A stretch of 64,000 nucleotides of DNA, filler included, from Rhizaria sp. SCN 62-66 (lineage: Eukaryota), in the NCBI GenBank assembly GCA_001724265.1. It is 5 parts of 5 records of this genome, joined end to end, with 100 filler letters (N's around TTAATTAATTAA, not from the genome) between each part and the next. Parts side by side here need not be neighbours in the genome. Positions count along the whole stretch, not along the records: positions 1 to 17,585 come from MEDY01000531.1; positions 17,686 to 29,912 come from MEDY01000536.1; 3 more parts are not named here. One strand, given 5' to 3'. Below, piece after piece: positions 12,773 through 23,600 of this stretch. Made by a program: the position numbers and the translations under genes. Numbering within the stretch: position 1 is the stretch's first letter; each line of letters starts with the position of its first letter. Under the pieces are notes generated by a model that was not told where the DNA came from, ran no database searches, and saw nothing but the letters and a program-made list of their open reading frames with translations.

Positions 12773-14660
12773 TGAAAAAGATGAAAGATACAAAGCAACA
12801 TATTATTCGAATAATATTACATAAAACACTACTTTACAAATGAAAACACCACTTTGTAACACAAAACACCACTTTGTAACACAGAAACACCACTTTGCAA
12901 CACAGCGGGCGATTTGTGGTTGGGAAGGCACAGTGGGTGAATTTATGCAGAAAGTCGGAAGGCACATAAGCATACTACATATATTTATAAGGTCAAAAAT
13001 TTGGCGTCAAAGAAACAATTCGAAGCGAGATAAATCTCGACATTACCGGTTAATATCAATAAATTACACATTTAATAGAAGCGTTGTAGATGAGATGTCC
13101 AGAGAAGCAGCAGGACGGCTGATGGCATAATCTTTATTCTGCTATGAGCCTTATACAGGAAAGCTTGTCCGGGATTATGCTCATTTTACTGAAACAAAAG
13201 TACTCGAGTAAAAACAGCGAGAATATCGCACCCACTACCAAGATTCTCACGGCCTTATCGCCCAAGTGTGCGTCACTCAGGCTGGACTGCCAGTGTTGAG
13301 ATACTAGTGGCCGACCTGGGCCAGTCAGCGTGCGATCCACTAGCCTGACTGTGAACGCGGGCACCCCGTCGCCGTCTCGCACAATGGCGAGCGCGTCAGA
13401 AAACGGCCTCATCGTGGAGCCGTCCTCAAACCGTCCTCGAACAGCTGCCCCAGCAAATTCAACGCATCCACATGCAGCATCGCCGGCAGACCTTGAAACG
13501 CGAGTGTGTGGCGCACTGTCGCGCACCACTGTGACCTGCGCGCCCGTGTTGGGGATGGCCACAGGCCCGAAACCAGGCTCAAGGCAGGCCAAAACAGCGG
13601 ACGACGCGCCCGAAAGCGGCAACAAACCGAGAGGAGAAGAGAAAAATACACCCGAGGGAGAAACGTTGGAATGGATTGATTTGGGTTAACTAGGAACACT
13701 AGCGCAGAATTCTCCGTCGGCCAGAACCTCGCACTATGAGAATGTCTGGAACAGTGACATTAGTTTCCTTTCTGCCTCATGTCGGTGATGTTGGCATTGT
13801 TGTTGGCGCTGGCCGTGGCGTTGACCGCGGCGGAGAGCGTCTTGAGACAGCTCCGGACCTCCTCGCCCAGGCTGCCCCGCTCCAGCTCGACGGTGAACTG
13901 GTGCAGGACGCACGGGGAATTGATGATCAACATACCACGCAGCATCGAGCCCAGGTCAGGCCGACCCGCCTTGACCGCTTCGAGCCCAAACTTCGCGGCG
14001 AGCTTGGCGCAGCTGGCGCCGCCACCGCCGCTATGGGGGCCGCAGCCGCCGCGGCGATAGAGGCGGCAGCCGCCACCCTCTTGGTGGTCAGCGCCTATGT
14101 CGCCAGGACCGCAAGCGCCGCGCACGCTCCGCCATAAACCGCTGCATAGCCAACCGCTCTGGATCCAGTTTGCGGTAGTCGACCAGCAAAGACCTAGAGG
14201 CCTGGAGGACGGTGTAGGCCGCAGCTTGAGCGCGAGCGGCAGCGTCATCGTGCTTGACGTATTTAGCGGCTTAGACTCGCAGAAGACACCACCCGGCTGA
14301 TATTGCGCGCAAACCAGCAGAGTATGAAGAGATCATTAGTCAGCGCGGGCTTGCTTAAAAAACTGTTGAAGCCGGGTTGAAAAGCGAACTGTAATTCGGC
14401 ATACACGTGCCAATCTGTTGACAATCTGCATAAAAATCATATCTCACCACAATTCCGACACCGAGAAGAGCGACAACGCGAGGCGTGCGGACAAACTCAC
14501 TGTATACAAAGGTGGTGTTTCCTATTTACACAGACAGTGCTTTTCACTACAAACGTAGTGTTCTGACAATATAATTCGAATTATATTTGTGTAAGACAGC
14601 TTTCAGATTCGAGGTGTCTTTGTACACCAGAAACACCACCTTTATATTCATGCCACAAAG
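12773..14660. mobile_element. Candidate degenerate non-autonomous DNA element with inverted subterminal motifs
   Basis: Left end: palindrome ATATTATTCGAATAATAT (12800-12817) followed by AACACTAC and AAACACCACTTTGT repeats. Right end: the reverse-complement arrangement (ACAAAGGTGGTGTTT...GTAGTGTT...palindrome AATATAATTCGAATTATATT at 14568-14587). Boundaries are approximate; no transposase or TSD recognised. Confidence 0.4.
12843..12903. repeat. Three tandem copies of a ~20-bp unit AAAACACCACTTTGTAACAC
   Basis: Directly visible; the third copy has minor differences. Confidence 0.9.
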
Positions 14661-14995
14661 GTGTTCGTTTGCCCCAGTGCTAAGCCTATGAAACTAGGTA
14701 TTTTATGCAGAATGACGCCTATACCACAATCCGAGATCAATTTGGTTACAACACAAATCTCGACCATTTCAATAACGTATCGCTTTATGATATGGCAATG
14801 AACCATATCGTTAAAAATATCATATTATCCGACTCAGCTGTCTCATTCAGTCCTCACGGCTCCTCATTATCCCACGTCTCGTACTTCGACAAATACCCGA
14901 CCACTGATGTCAATTTCACAACTTGTGTAGATAGTACTCGGGCGTAAGCGATATAAGTGACTCAGGTGTGTTTTGCCCGGTCATTAAAGAAACCC

Positions 14996-16546
14996 ATGGC
15001 GAGCCACACCCCAGAATCCGGCCGCCAACAGTCTTCCCTCGCCCTCAGCATGCTAAACTCAGAGAACCTGCAAAATCGCAAAGCTGTTCACCCATGGGTA
15101 TTTCTTTCAACGGTGGCTGTTTCTCTTGTATTCTTGATCTATATCTATGTTGCAGTGATTGGCATGAGTCCCTATATTGCTACGCAGAACCGGTCTCTCG
15201 CACGTATCGATGCCGTACCCTTCCGCGCCTTCGTTGCTTTGGATCCTAAAGCTGCGCTCCCCGAGCCCGCCGTGCGTCTGGCGCCGACGATGGTTTAGAA
15301 GACGCTTACAGACGAGCAACTTGCGCAACTGGATAAAGCAACGTGCGTGATTAAGATCACCCCGTGGGCGGGCCGTAACCTTACGCTGGACGACCTCTTG
15401 TTGCCCGACTGGGCGTCGTCGCTCTCGCCGCTACACCCCGACGTTGTGGCCGCGCACAAGAAGCAAAAGTCGCAGGGCCCCAGTGGCAAGATGCTCATTA
15501 TTGTTCCGTTTCGCGAGCACGCGTTTAACAAGCTTCATGAACGCTCGCAGCAATTGCTGCTCGTCGCGGCCACACTTGACAAACACTTGCGAGCTGTCGG
15601 CAAGGTTCCCGGTCGCGACTACGCGACGTTGATCATCGAGATGCACGATCAGGAGGTTGGCTTCAACAAGGGCTACTTGCTGAATGTCGGCGTTCGTGTG
15701 GCTGAGTTGTGGGGTTACGACTACGTCGTGTGCCACGACGCCGACATGCTTCCTGAGAGCCTCGAGAACACCTATGACATGGCTGCCGAGGACGACTTGC
15801 CTGTGCATTATTCACCTACGATCAATGGCAAATACTTACCTTACGGCAGCCACATTGGTGGCGTGTTTGCAGCGTATACAAAGTCGTTCTCCGAGTTTGG
15901 CGGCTTCCCTAACAACTTCTGGGGCTGGGGCTGGGAAGACAACTTCATCATGTACCGTATGATCCGCCACAAGGGCTTTCGGCGCCACAACAGCACGACG
16001 GGCACGTACCGCGTCCTCGATCACGAGCGCCCGCACGAGCACGTGCCCAAGGGGAAGAAGTGGACATCTAGGACGGTCCCCAGTGCAGAAAACAACAAAA
16101 ACGCCTTCTACGCCACCGTCGCACGCGGCGACCACCCGTTCATGCGCGACGACTACAACAGCCTCAACGCCACGCTATTACGGTATGCGCCGCTGCCGCA
16201 CCTCGGTGCGTTCCACTGGGTAACCGCGAGTCTGGACTCGATGCTGTACCGGCCCGACATCAGCGGCCTGGAGCCTGCCGCGCTGACCGAGGCGCGGCTC
16301 TTTGGCAAGCTGCCTTCTCTCGAACTGCTGGGGTTGCGGACGGACGGTACGCTCGCGATCGACCCCCCACTGACCGCGCGTGAGCAGGCCCGCATCAAGG
16401 CGTTCATGGCCCTGGCGAAGCCGCTGCGCGCCAACATGGTGACGCGCGCTGACCGGCTTGAGGAGCTCAATGGTGTCAATTTGGATCGCGCGTATGCGGC
16501 GTGGGCCAAATACGCAGCCTATGACGCCTTTACGACTGATTTGTAA
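14996..16546 (+). CDS. Glycosyltransferase family 7 (beta-1,4-galactosyltransferase-like) type II membrane protein, paralog 2 (516 aa, read through 1 TAG)
   Basis: ATG 14996 begins a TM-containing N-terminus that is in frame with the catalytic ORF 15347..16546 across TAG 15296-15298. Motifs IIVPFR, FNKGYLLNVG, HDAD, GFPNNFWGWGWEDN; colinear with paralog 1. Ends in TAA. Confidence 0.9.
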
Positions 16547-17393
16547 ATTATAGATTGAATTACAGCCGATCAACGTAGAACAACAACAAATATTATTATA
16601 ATGACTAATATAAACCACCCCAATCTCGATTCTCCGTATTTTCGTCGAGGTACTAAGATTGTTATTCGTCACTGGTGTCGCAATTTTGCAGCCACGGTTA
16701 GCTACTAAGCTAACTGCAGGAACGGAGGTGAGCTGGCCTACTCAAGCTTTGGCAAGAATAAATCCTTCTCTGCCGCTTAGTGAACACTTACCAGTCAGTC
16801 CCGCCTCAAATGGCAAATCCTGGGAGACCGCGCCCAAATCTGATATTTTGAGAACCCCAACGGAAGGGACGGGACAGGTGGTGTCGAAGAGTGCGCAACT
16901 ACAATGTGAGATTGCTAACCATTTGCGCACAAACACGACGGCGATTTTGTGTGATGATAGTGTTCGTTCTAACAAACATTCAGTTTGTTAGAACGAAGTG
17001 GTGGTAGATAGTGGGCAACTTGTGGACTAACTGACCTTCTTTAAATGTGCATTTACACAATTCTACGACTTGCTCTTCATGCAGAAACCTCGGACTTGCC
17101 CACAGGGGTTAAGTTTGTACTTTCCAAGATTGGGAGATTAGATGTAGACTTAGAATTTTAAGGAGATATATGATGTTGATAGGTAAGGAAGCTGTGACGC
17201 ACGACATTTTACATAAAAAAGCATGTGAGACGGTGAGGTGCCGTTTCTCTGTGGATTTCCTGTGAGAGAGTCCCTTTATGTAAAATCTCGCGCGTAACAG
17301 TAGGCCGTTGAAAAAGGATTTGTGGTCGGATAGACTTTGAAAAAAACTTTGTAAAAGTGATTTGTGGTCGGATCCATACCGTCCCATGTTCAT

Positions 17394-17476
17394 CCATGCC
17401 CGACCCTCCATGCCCGACCATGCCCGACCATACCCGACCATACCTGACCATGCTTGACCATGCTTGACCATGCTGA
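17394..17476. repeat. Degenerate 10-bp tandem repeat (CCATRCYYGA)n
   Basis: ccatgcccga/ccatacccga/ccatacctga/ccatgcttga units near the contig end. Confidence 0.85.
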
Positions 17477-17585
17477 TTCGCAGGCTAACGCGCACAGATA
17501 AAGAATTACTTTTACATATATGACATTCTCGATAGAATAAACCTTAATTGAATGATTCAAGAAGAAACAACGACGAAAGGTATCT

Positions 17586-17685
17586 NNNNNNNNNNNNNNN
17601 NNNNNNNNNNNNNNNNNNNNNNNNNNNNNTTAATTAATTAANNNNNNNNNNNNNNNNNNNNNNNNNNNNNNNNNNNNNNNNNNNN
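17586..17685. other. Artificial contig-joining spacer
   Basis: 100 nt of N surrounding TTAATTAATTAA (stops in all six frames). Confidence 0.97.
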
Positions 17686-20600
17686 CGGCCGAGGCGGCGG
17701 CAGGGGTGATGAGCCGCGACCGGGCAGCGGGCGCGGCGGCGGCGGCGGCGGCAGCGGCCACGGCCGCGGCGGTCGCGGCGGCGGTGTTGCGGTTGCGGGC
17801 CCGGGAACTTGCGGACGCAGAGCCAGAGCCAGAGCCTGGGCCGCCGCTGCTGCCGTGGCCGTGGCTGCCGCGGTGACTGCCCTGCGCCGCTGCAAGCGAC
17901 AGCGCACCGGCCCCGGCCGCGGCGACGGCGGGCGGCAGCATCGCGCGCAGCTGCTGTGCCTCTTTGCGCGACGCCGCGAGTTCGGCCGACAACGCTGCGT
18001 TGGCCTCGCGCAGGCCGGCGGCCTCGGCGTAGGCCTCCGCGACGAGCCCCTGGTAGTACTGCAGGAGCCGTTGGGCCTGCGAGTACTGCTCTTTGTACAG
18101 CGACTGCAGGTACTCGTACTGCTGCGACAGTGCTTCGAAGTGCGTCGACACCACTGTTAGGTCGTGCGACTTCGCGCTCAGTTGCGCCTGCACTTCGACC
18201 CGGTACGTTGAGATGAGCTCGATCTCGCGTTCGCGCGCCAGAGTGCTCTCGACGTAGCGCGCCTGTGTGTTTAGCACCTGGTTCTGGAGCTCTGCGATCT
18301 GCTGCATAAGCGTCGCCACGCGCTGCTTCTCGTCCTCGAACGCGCGCTGCACGGGCGCCGGCAGATCCTCCAGCACGGCCTCGAGCGGCGATGGCACCGC
18401 GAACGCGTCCTTCTCGACCTCGATCAGGTGCTCCATGACGTGGTCCATGCTGGGCCGGTCCTCTGGCGCGTCGGCCCAGCAGGCGCGGATGAGCTCCCCC
18501 AGCGCGACGGGGCAGTGATCCGGCACCTCGGGCCGCAGCCCGCGCACGATGGCCTGCTCGAAGGTGCGCGTGCTCGTCGCGTCCGCCTCGGCCTCGAACG
18601 GGTACTTGCCCGAGACGAGCTCGCACAGCACGACACCAAACGAGAACACGTCGGCCTTAATGCCGTAGCGTTCCTTGCGCAACACCTCGGGCGCCATGTA
18701 GCAGGGTGTGCCGCAGACGCCGTAGAAGCCGCCTTTCTGCTGCGGGCGCCGCTTGACGTGCGACAGCCCGAAGTCGGCAAGCTTGCCGCGGCCGGCGTGG
18801 TCGACGAGGATGTTGGCCGTCTTGAGGTCGCGGTGAATGATGCCTTTGTGGTGCAGCCAGTTGAGTCCGCGCGCAATATCCTTGGCCATCGCGGTCACGT
18901 ACTTAAGCGACGGACGCCGGTTCGCGCGCTGGAACTTCATCAGCACGTCCTCGAGCGAGCCATCGCGCATGAACTCAGTGATGATGCACGACTGCTCCTG
19001 TGTGATGCAGGCACCCAGGAACTCGACGATGTTGGGGTGCCGCAGCGTGCGCATAATTCGCACTTCCTTCTTCAGGTCCTTGACGTGGTCCGCGTCATCT
19101 TTGACGCGGAGCGTCTTAAGAGCGACTTCCTGCCCCCAGAGCGCGCCGCGGAAGACCTCGCCGAATGAGCCCTCGCCGATCTTCTCTTGGAATACGATGT
19201 CCGAGATCGAGATATCGTCGCCGCGCAGACGCCGGCGGCGCAGACGCGCTTCAGCGTGCACGTGCGCGGCCTGCGCCTGCGCCTTGGCGAATGCCACGCG
19301 CGCCGCCATTGTCGCGGGGTTGTCGGCGCCGATCACCAGCGGCGCCGGGCCCACCGAAGGCGCCACCGACGACGCCGCGCTCGTGCCGTCGCCGCCGGCG
19401 CCCATGACCGAGAGCCCGCTGCTGTCAGACGGCGCACCGTGCCCGTGCCCGTGTCCGTGGCCGTGCGCGTGTGTGTGCGTGTGGGTGAGCAGAGCGGGCG
19501 TGGCGGTGACAGCGGCGAGCGCTGCCGCGGCGGCGACGGCGGCGGCCGGGGGCGCGACGGCGCCTGCGACTGCGATGCCGGCCTCGGCCACGTTTGCAGC
19601 GGCTGCGGCGGCAGCTGCGGCTGCGGCGGCAGCTGCGGCGGCCGCGGCAGTCGCATGGACCGAGAGCGCTGCGCCGAGCTCGGTGTCCGCGCCCGCCGCG
19701 GCGGTCATCGCGGCAACCGCGGCGGCGGCGGCGGCCACGGCAGCCTCTGTGTTGCTGTTGCTGGGCAAAGAACCCAAAGCGCTAGTGCTTGTGCCGGAGC
19801 CGGTGCTTGCGACACTGCTGCCGCCGCCCACGCTGTGGCTAGAGTCCGGGTAGGGCGCAGAAGCGGAAGCGGACGCGGATGGGGCGATCGAGGGCACCGG
19901 GGGCGAGGCGGCGACTGCGGCGGTCGAGTCAACGCTCGTCATCTCGGTCAGCGCCGGGGAAGCCAGGAAACTGCTGAGGGCGGAGGGGTCAGTCACAGTG
20001 ACGGGGACGAGCGCAGTGCCGTTGCTGCTAACAGCGGAAGCCGACAGTAAGTCCGATGTTGCTGCGGTGGCGTTATCCGTCATTGCCGCAACTCCAGCTG
20101 CGTTACCATTGCTGTTGTTGCTGCTGTTGCTGTTGACTGGAGCGTCAGAGTCGGTCATCAACGCACCCACAGCGACCGCGGCGGCTGCGGCGGCTGCAGC
20201 TGCGGCGGCCGCACCAGACGCAGGCGAGCTTGTGGCCAGCGCAGACAGTGCGGCCGCGGCGGCGGCCGCGGACGGCGCGAGCAGCGGTGAGCGGTAATTA
20301 TGCTGTCTCAGGCCCGCGTTCGCTGCAGGCGCAGCAGCCGCGGCGGCAAGGGAGCCGGAGCCGGGCGCAGTCGCACCAGTCGCTGTGTTTGCACTGGCAT
20401 CATTGCCGTTGCTGTTGATGTCACGGAGCGGTCTGCCGCCTGTCTCGGCGTCAAGCGGGACGACTGCGAAGCTGCTTCCTTGCTGGGGGCGGCTCCCGTC
20501 GATTTCAATCACCGTCACACTCGGCGTCGTCGCTTTTGTTGCAGTGGCAGCGGTAGCGGTGTCGCCGGTGCTTTGAGCCTTGCCGCCCCTCTTGGGCACC

Positions 20601-23600
20601 GCCGCCGCGACATCGCCACCGCCGCTCTCAAGCAGGTCCGCGAACGGGGATGCCGCGGCCGACGACAGCGATGAATACGACGACGACCTCGACCTCGACC
20701 GCGATTGTGACGACGACCGCGACGAGCTGGGCGACGACGACGCCGAGGACGTGGCCCCCAGCGCCAGCGGCGGCGCGGCCGAGAGAAACGCCGGCGCCAT
20801 CGCGCGGGCTAGCAGATGCGGCGTCGCCGCGGCCAGTCCGGTGCGACGTACCATCGTAGTCACTGCGGCGGGTACGGTGCTCGCGGCCGCGGGCGGCACA
20901 GAAGCCGCGTCCGCCCCGGCAGTCGTCGCAGCGGCGGCCGTGGCGGCGGCGGCGGCGGCGGCAGGCGCGAGCGGGCCCAGATGCACCGCGCTGGCGCGGC
21001 CCTGCGCATCGAAACCGAGCACGACTTGCACCAGGTCGACAGAGGGCAGCGAGAGACCGTCGGCCGTGGAGCGCGCGGCAACGACAGTGCCCAGGTGCGC
21101 GCCCGTCTGCGGCTGCAACGCGTGGGCGTGTGTTCCGTGCCCGTGGCCGTGGCCGTGCATGTGACAGGTCAGCAGCTGCGCCGGCGACCGCTCGAGGGCG
21201 GATACGCCGCCCACGGTCGTGGCGCCCGCCGCAGACGCCACCACGGTGTTGGCTGAGTTAGCCATGTCAAGCATCGGGGAGCCGGAAGCGAGCATGGCCG
21301 ACGCCGCGGTCGCTGCGGACATGAGGGGAGTGCTGTGAACGACTGAGACACCGGCGGCAGCGGCGGCTGCGGCCAGCGTTGCGGCCGACAACACCGGCGT
21401 CTCAGCGGCCACATTCGCATTCACAGCCGCATTCGCAGCCGCATTGCCAGTCGCAGTGTCGGTATCTGCAGCGGCGTCACTGTTGTCGGACATTATGTGC
21501 GCGACTGCGGTCGTTTCGGACAGCGGAAGCGGCACGACACGGATCGCACGACCTCTCGCAGTGCCGTTGCCGTTGTTATTGCTATTGTTGTTGCTATTAC
21601 CGCTGCTACTGCTGTTGCTGCTGCTGCTGTTGCTGCAGTTGCTACTGCGGAGCCCGTAGCGGCGGCGCGCAGCCCCCGCAGACGCGTCGAGACTGCAGCT
21701 GCGGCTGCTATGCGCACTGCTGCTGCTGCCTTCGCTGCCGCTCTCGGATCCGGGCGTGACGGCCATGTGCAGCGCCCCGTTGCTAACAGCCTTGGCGTCG
21801 GCAGCCTCAGCCCCGCGCTCGCGCCCGCGTTCGCGGTGCCTGTCGCGGCCGCGGGAGCGTTCTGCGCGGGAGGCGGCGCGCGACGCGGTCGGGCTCGAAA
21901 CCGCCGAGGACGAGTCCGTCCCGGGGGTGGTTGACTGCGGCGTCAAGGCTCGAGAACCAACGACGATCGACACGGTTAGGCCCGCGTGGCTGCTGCTGGG
22001 CAGAGCGTGAGCGCGCGGGTGAGCAGCGGAAACGCTGGCGGCGCCGCTGGCGGCCGTGGCAGTGCTTGCGGTGCCGGCGTCAGTGTCACTCTGGGTGCTG
22101 GCGGGGGGTAGCTGCACTGAGAGCGCGCCGACTCCACTAGCGCTGCCGCCATTGGCGTTGATGTTGGCGGTGGTCGCGGTGAGAAGGTTGGCTGCGGCGG
22201 CGTTGGCGTTGGAGCGGAAGGTGCGCAAACGCGAGACAAACGGCAGGCGGGTGAAACCAGAGCCAGTGCCATTGCCGTTTCCGCCGCTGTTTGCGTGTGA
22301 CGCAGTGCCATGAGCGCCGTTGTCGTTCTCGTTGTCGTAGCTGCTCGGCGATTCGCTCGGCAGGACATTGATCGCGTTCAGGAATGATCCCGTGTTAGAG
22401 TCCATCGGCACACTGTTGTCATCACTCATACTAGCATTGCCATTCTCAACAACAACAACACGACCGGTGCTAGAGCTGTTAGCGCCGGTCTGCGGCAGCG
22501 GCAGCTCGACGATGGCGTCACTGGGTAGCGCACTGGACGACGCTGAACCGGTCACTGCGGCCGTCAGCGTCGCCGCGGGGCGGTGGCGCTTGGCCGTGCG
22601 CTCAGTGTCGGCGCGCTCAGTGTCGCCGCCGCCAGCCGCCTCAATAGCCGGGGCCTCGGCGACGCTGCTCCGCTCACAACTAACGCTGCCGTTGCGCTCA
22701 GCGTTGGCATTGCGCTCTGCTGTGGCGCGCTCTTCGCGGATCACGGAGAGCGGCATCGCAAGCGACAGACAAGGACCATCAGCAGTCACGCTCGAGCCAT
22801 CCGTCACAGCAGCATCAGCGCTAGTCGCAGCGACGCGGTTGCTGCTGCTGTTGAGGAGCGTCACACCGCCGCCCCCGCGCCCGTAGCCAGCCCCCGCGCC
22901 GAGAGCGCTGGCGGTCGCGATCGCGGTGCTGGCCTCACCAGCCACAGCGCCGGCGCCTAGACGCATGGGCGGGGCGGCGCTCAGGTCGTTCCCGTTACGA
23001 TCAGCACTGGCACTGGCACCAGAGGACTCGAGCGGCCGGCGGAGCCCGCGCGCGGCGAGAGTGGGCGTGACTGCCGCGCGGACAAGATGGCGGCCGCGGG
23101 GCCGCTGCGGCATCGGCGCCAGACCACCGCCAGTTAGAGCCCCAGCCGCAGTCGCAGTCGATGACGCGGTGGCGTTATCAGTGGTTGCACCGGCGCTGTT
23201 GGCCGCGTTGTGACCGTCGTCTGCGCTGTTGGCGGGCAAATGACGCACTGGCCGCGCCGGGGTCGGCTGCGCGAGCGGCTCCGTCGCGGCGTTGAACGAC
23301 AGTCCGGAGAGAAACGAAGCGGCGACGGGACCGGAGCCGCCGGAGCCGGAGGCCGAGGCCGCGTCGCCGGCGCCCGCGCGGCCGCTGCCGTCGCCGCCGC
23401 TGCCGGTGGCGCCGCTGGCGTCGGTGGGCAGGCCGGGCTGCTTGTGGGGGTTGTAGAAGAGACTGCAGCCGCTGCCTGTGTGGCCGCGATCATCGTTGCC
23501 CGCGCCGGCGCTGAGGTTAGAGTCGGCGGGGTGGCCGGCAATGGCGGCTCTGGCGGCGGCCGCCGCGGCGCTGCTGCTGCCGCCGCCGCTGTTGCCATGG

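Noticed and set aside
12843-12903. 20-bp repeats as a CRISPR array
   Set aside because: Directly adjacent repeats with no spacers, in a eukaryotic context.
17630-17641. TTAATTAATTAA motif repeated four times in the window
   Set aside because: An artificial all-frame stop linker inside N spacers. Gene adjacency across spacers is meaningless, and ORF tails ending in LIN are artefacts.
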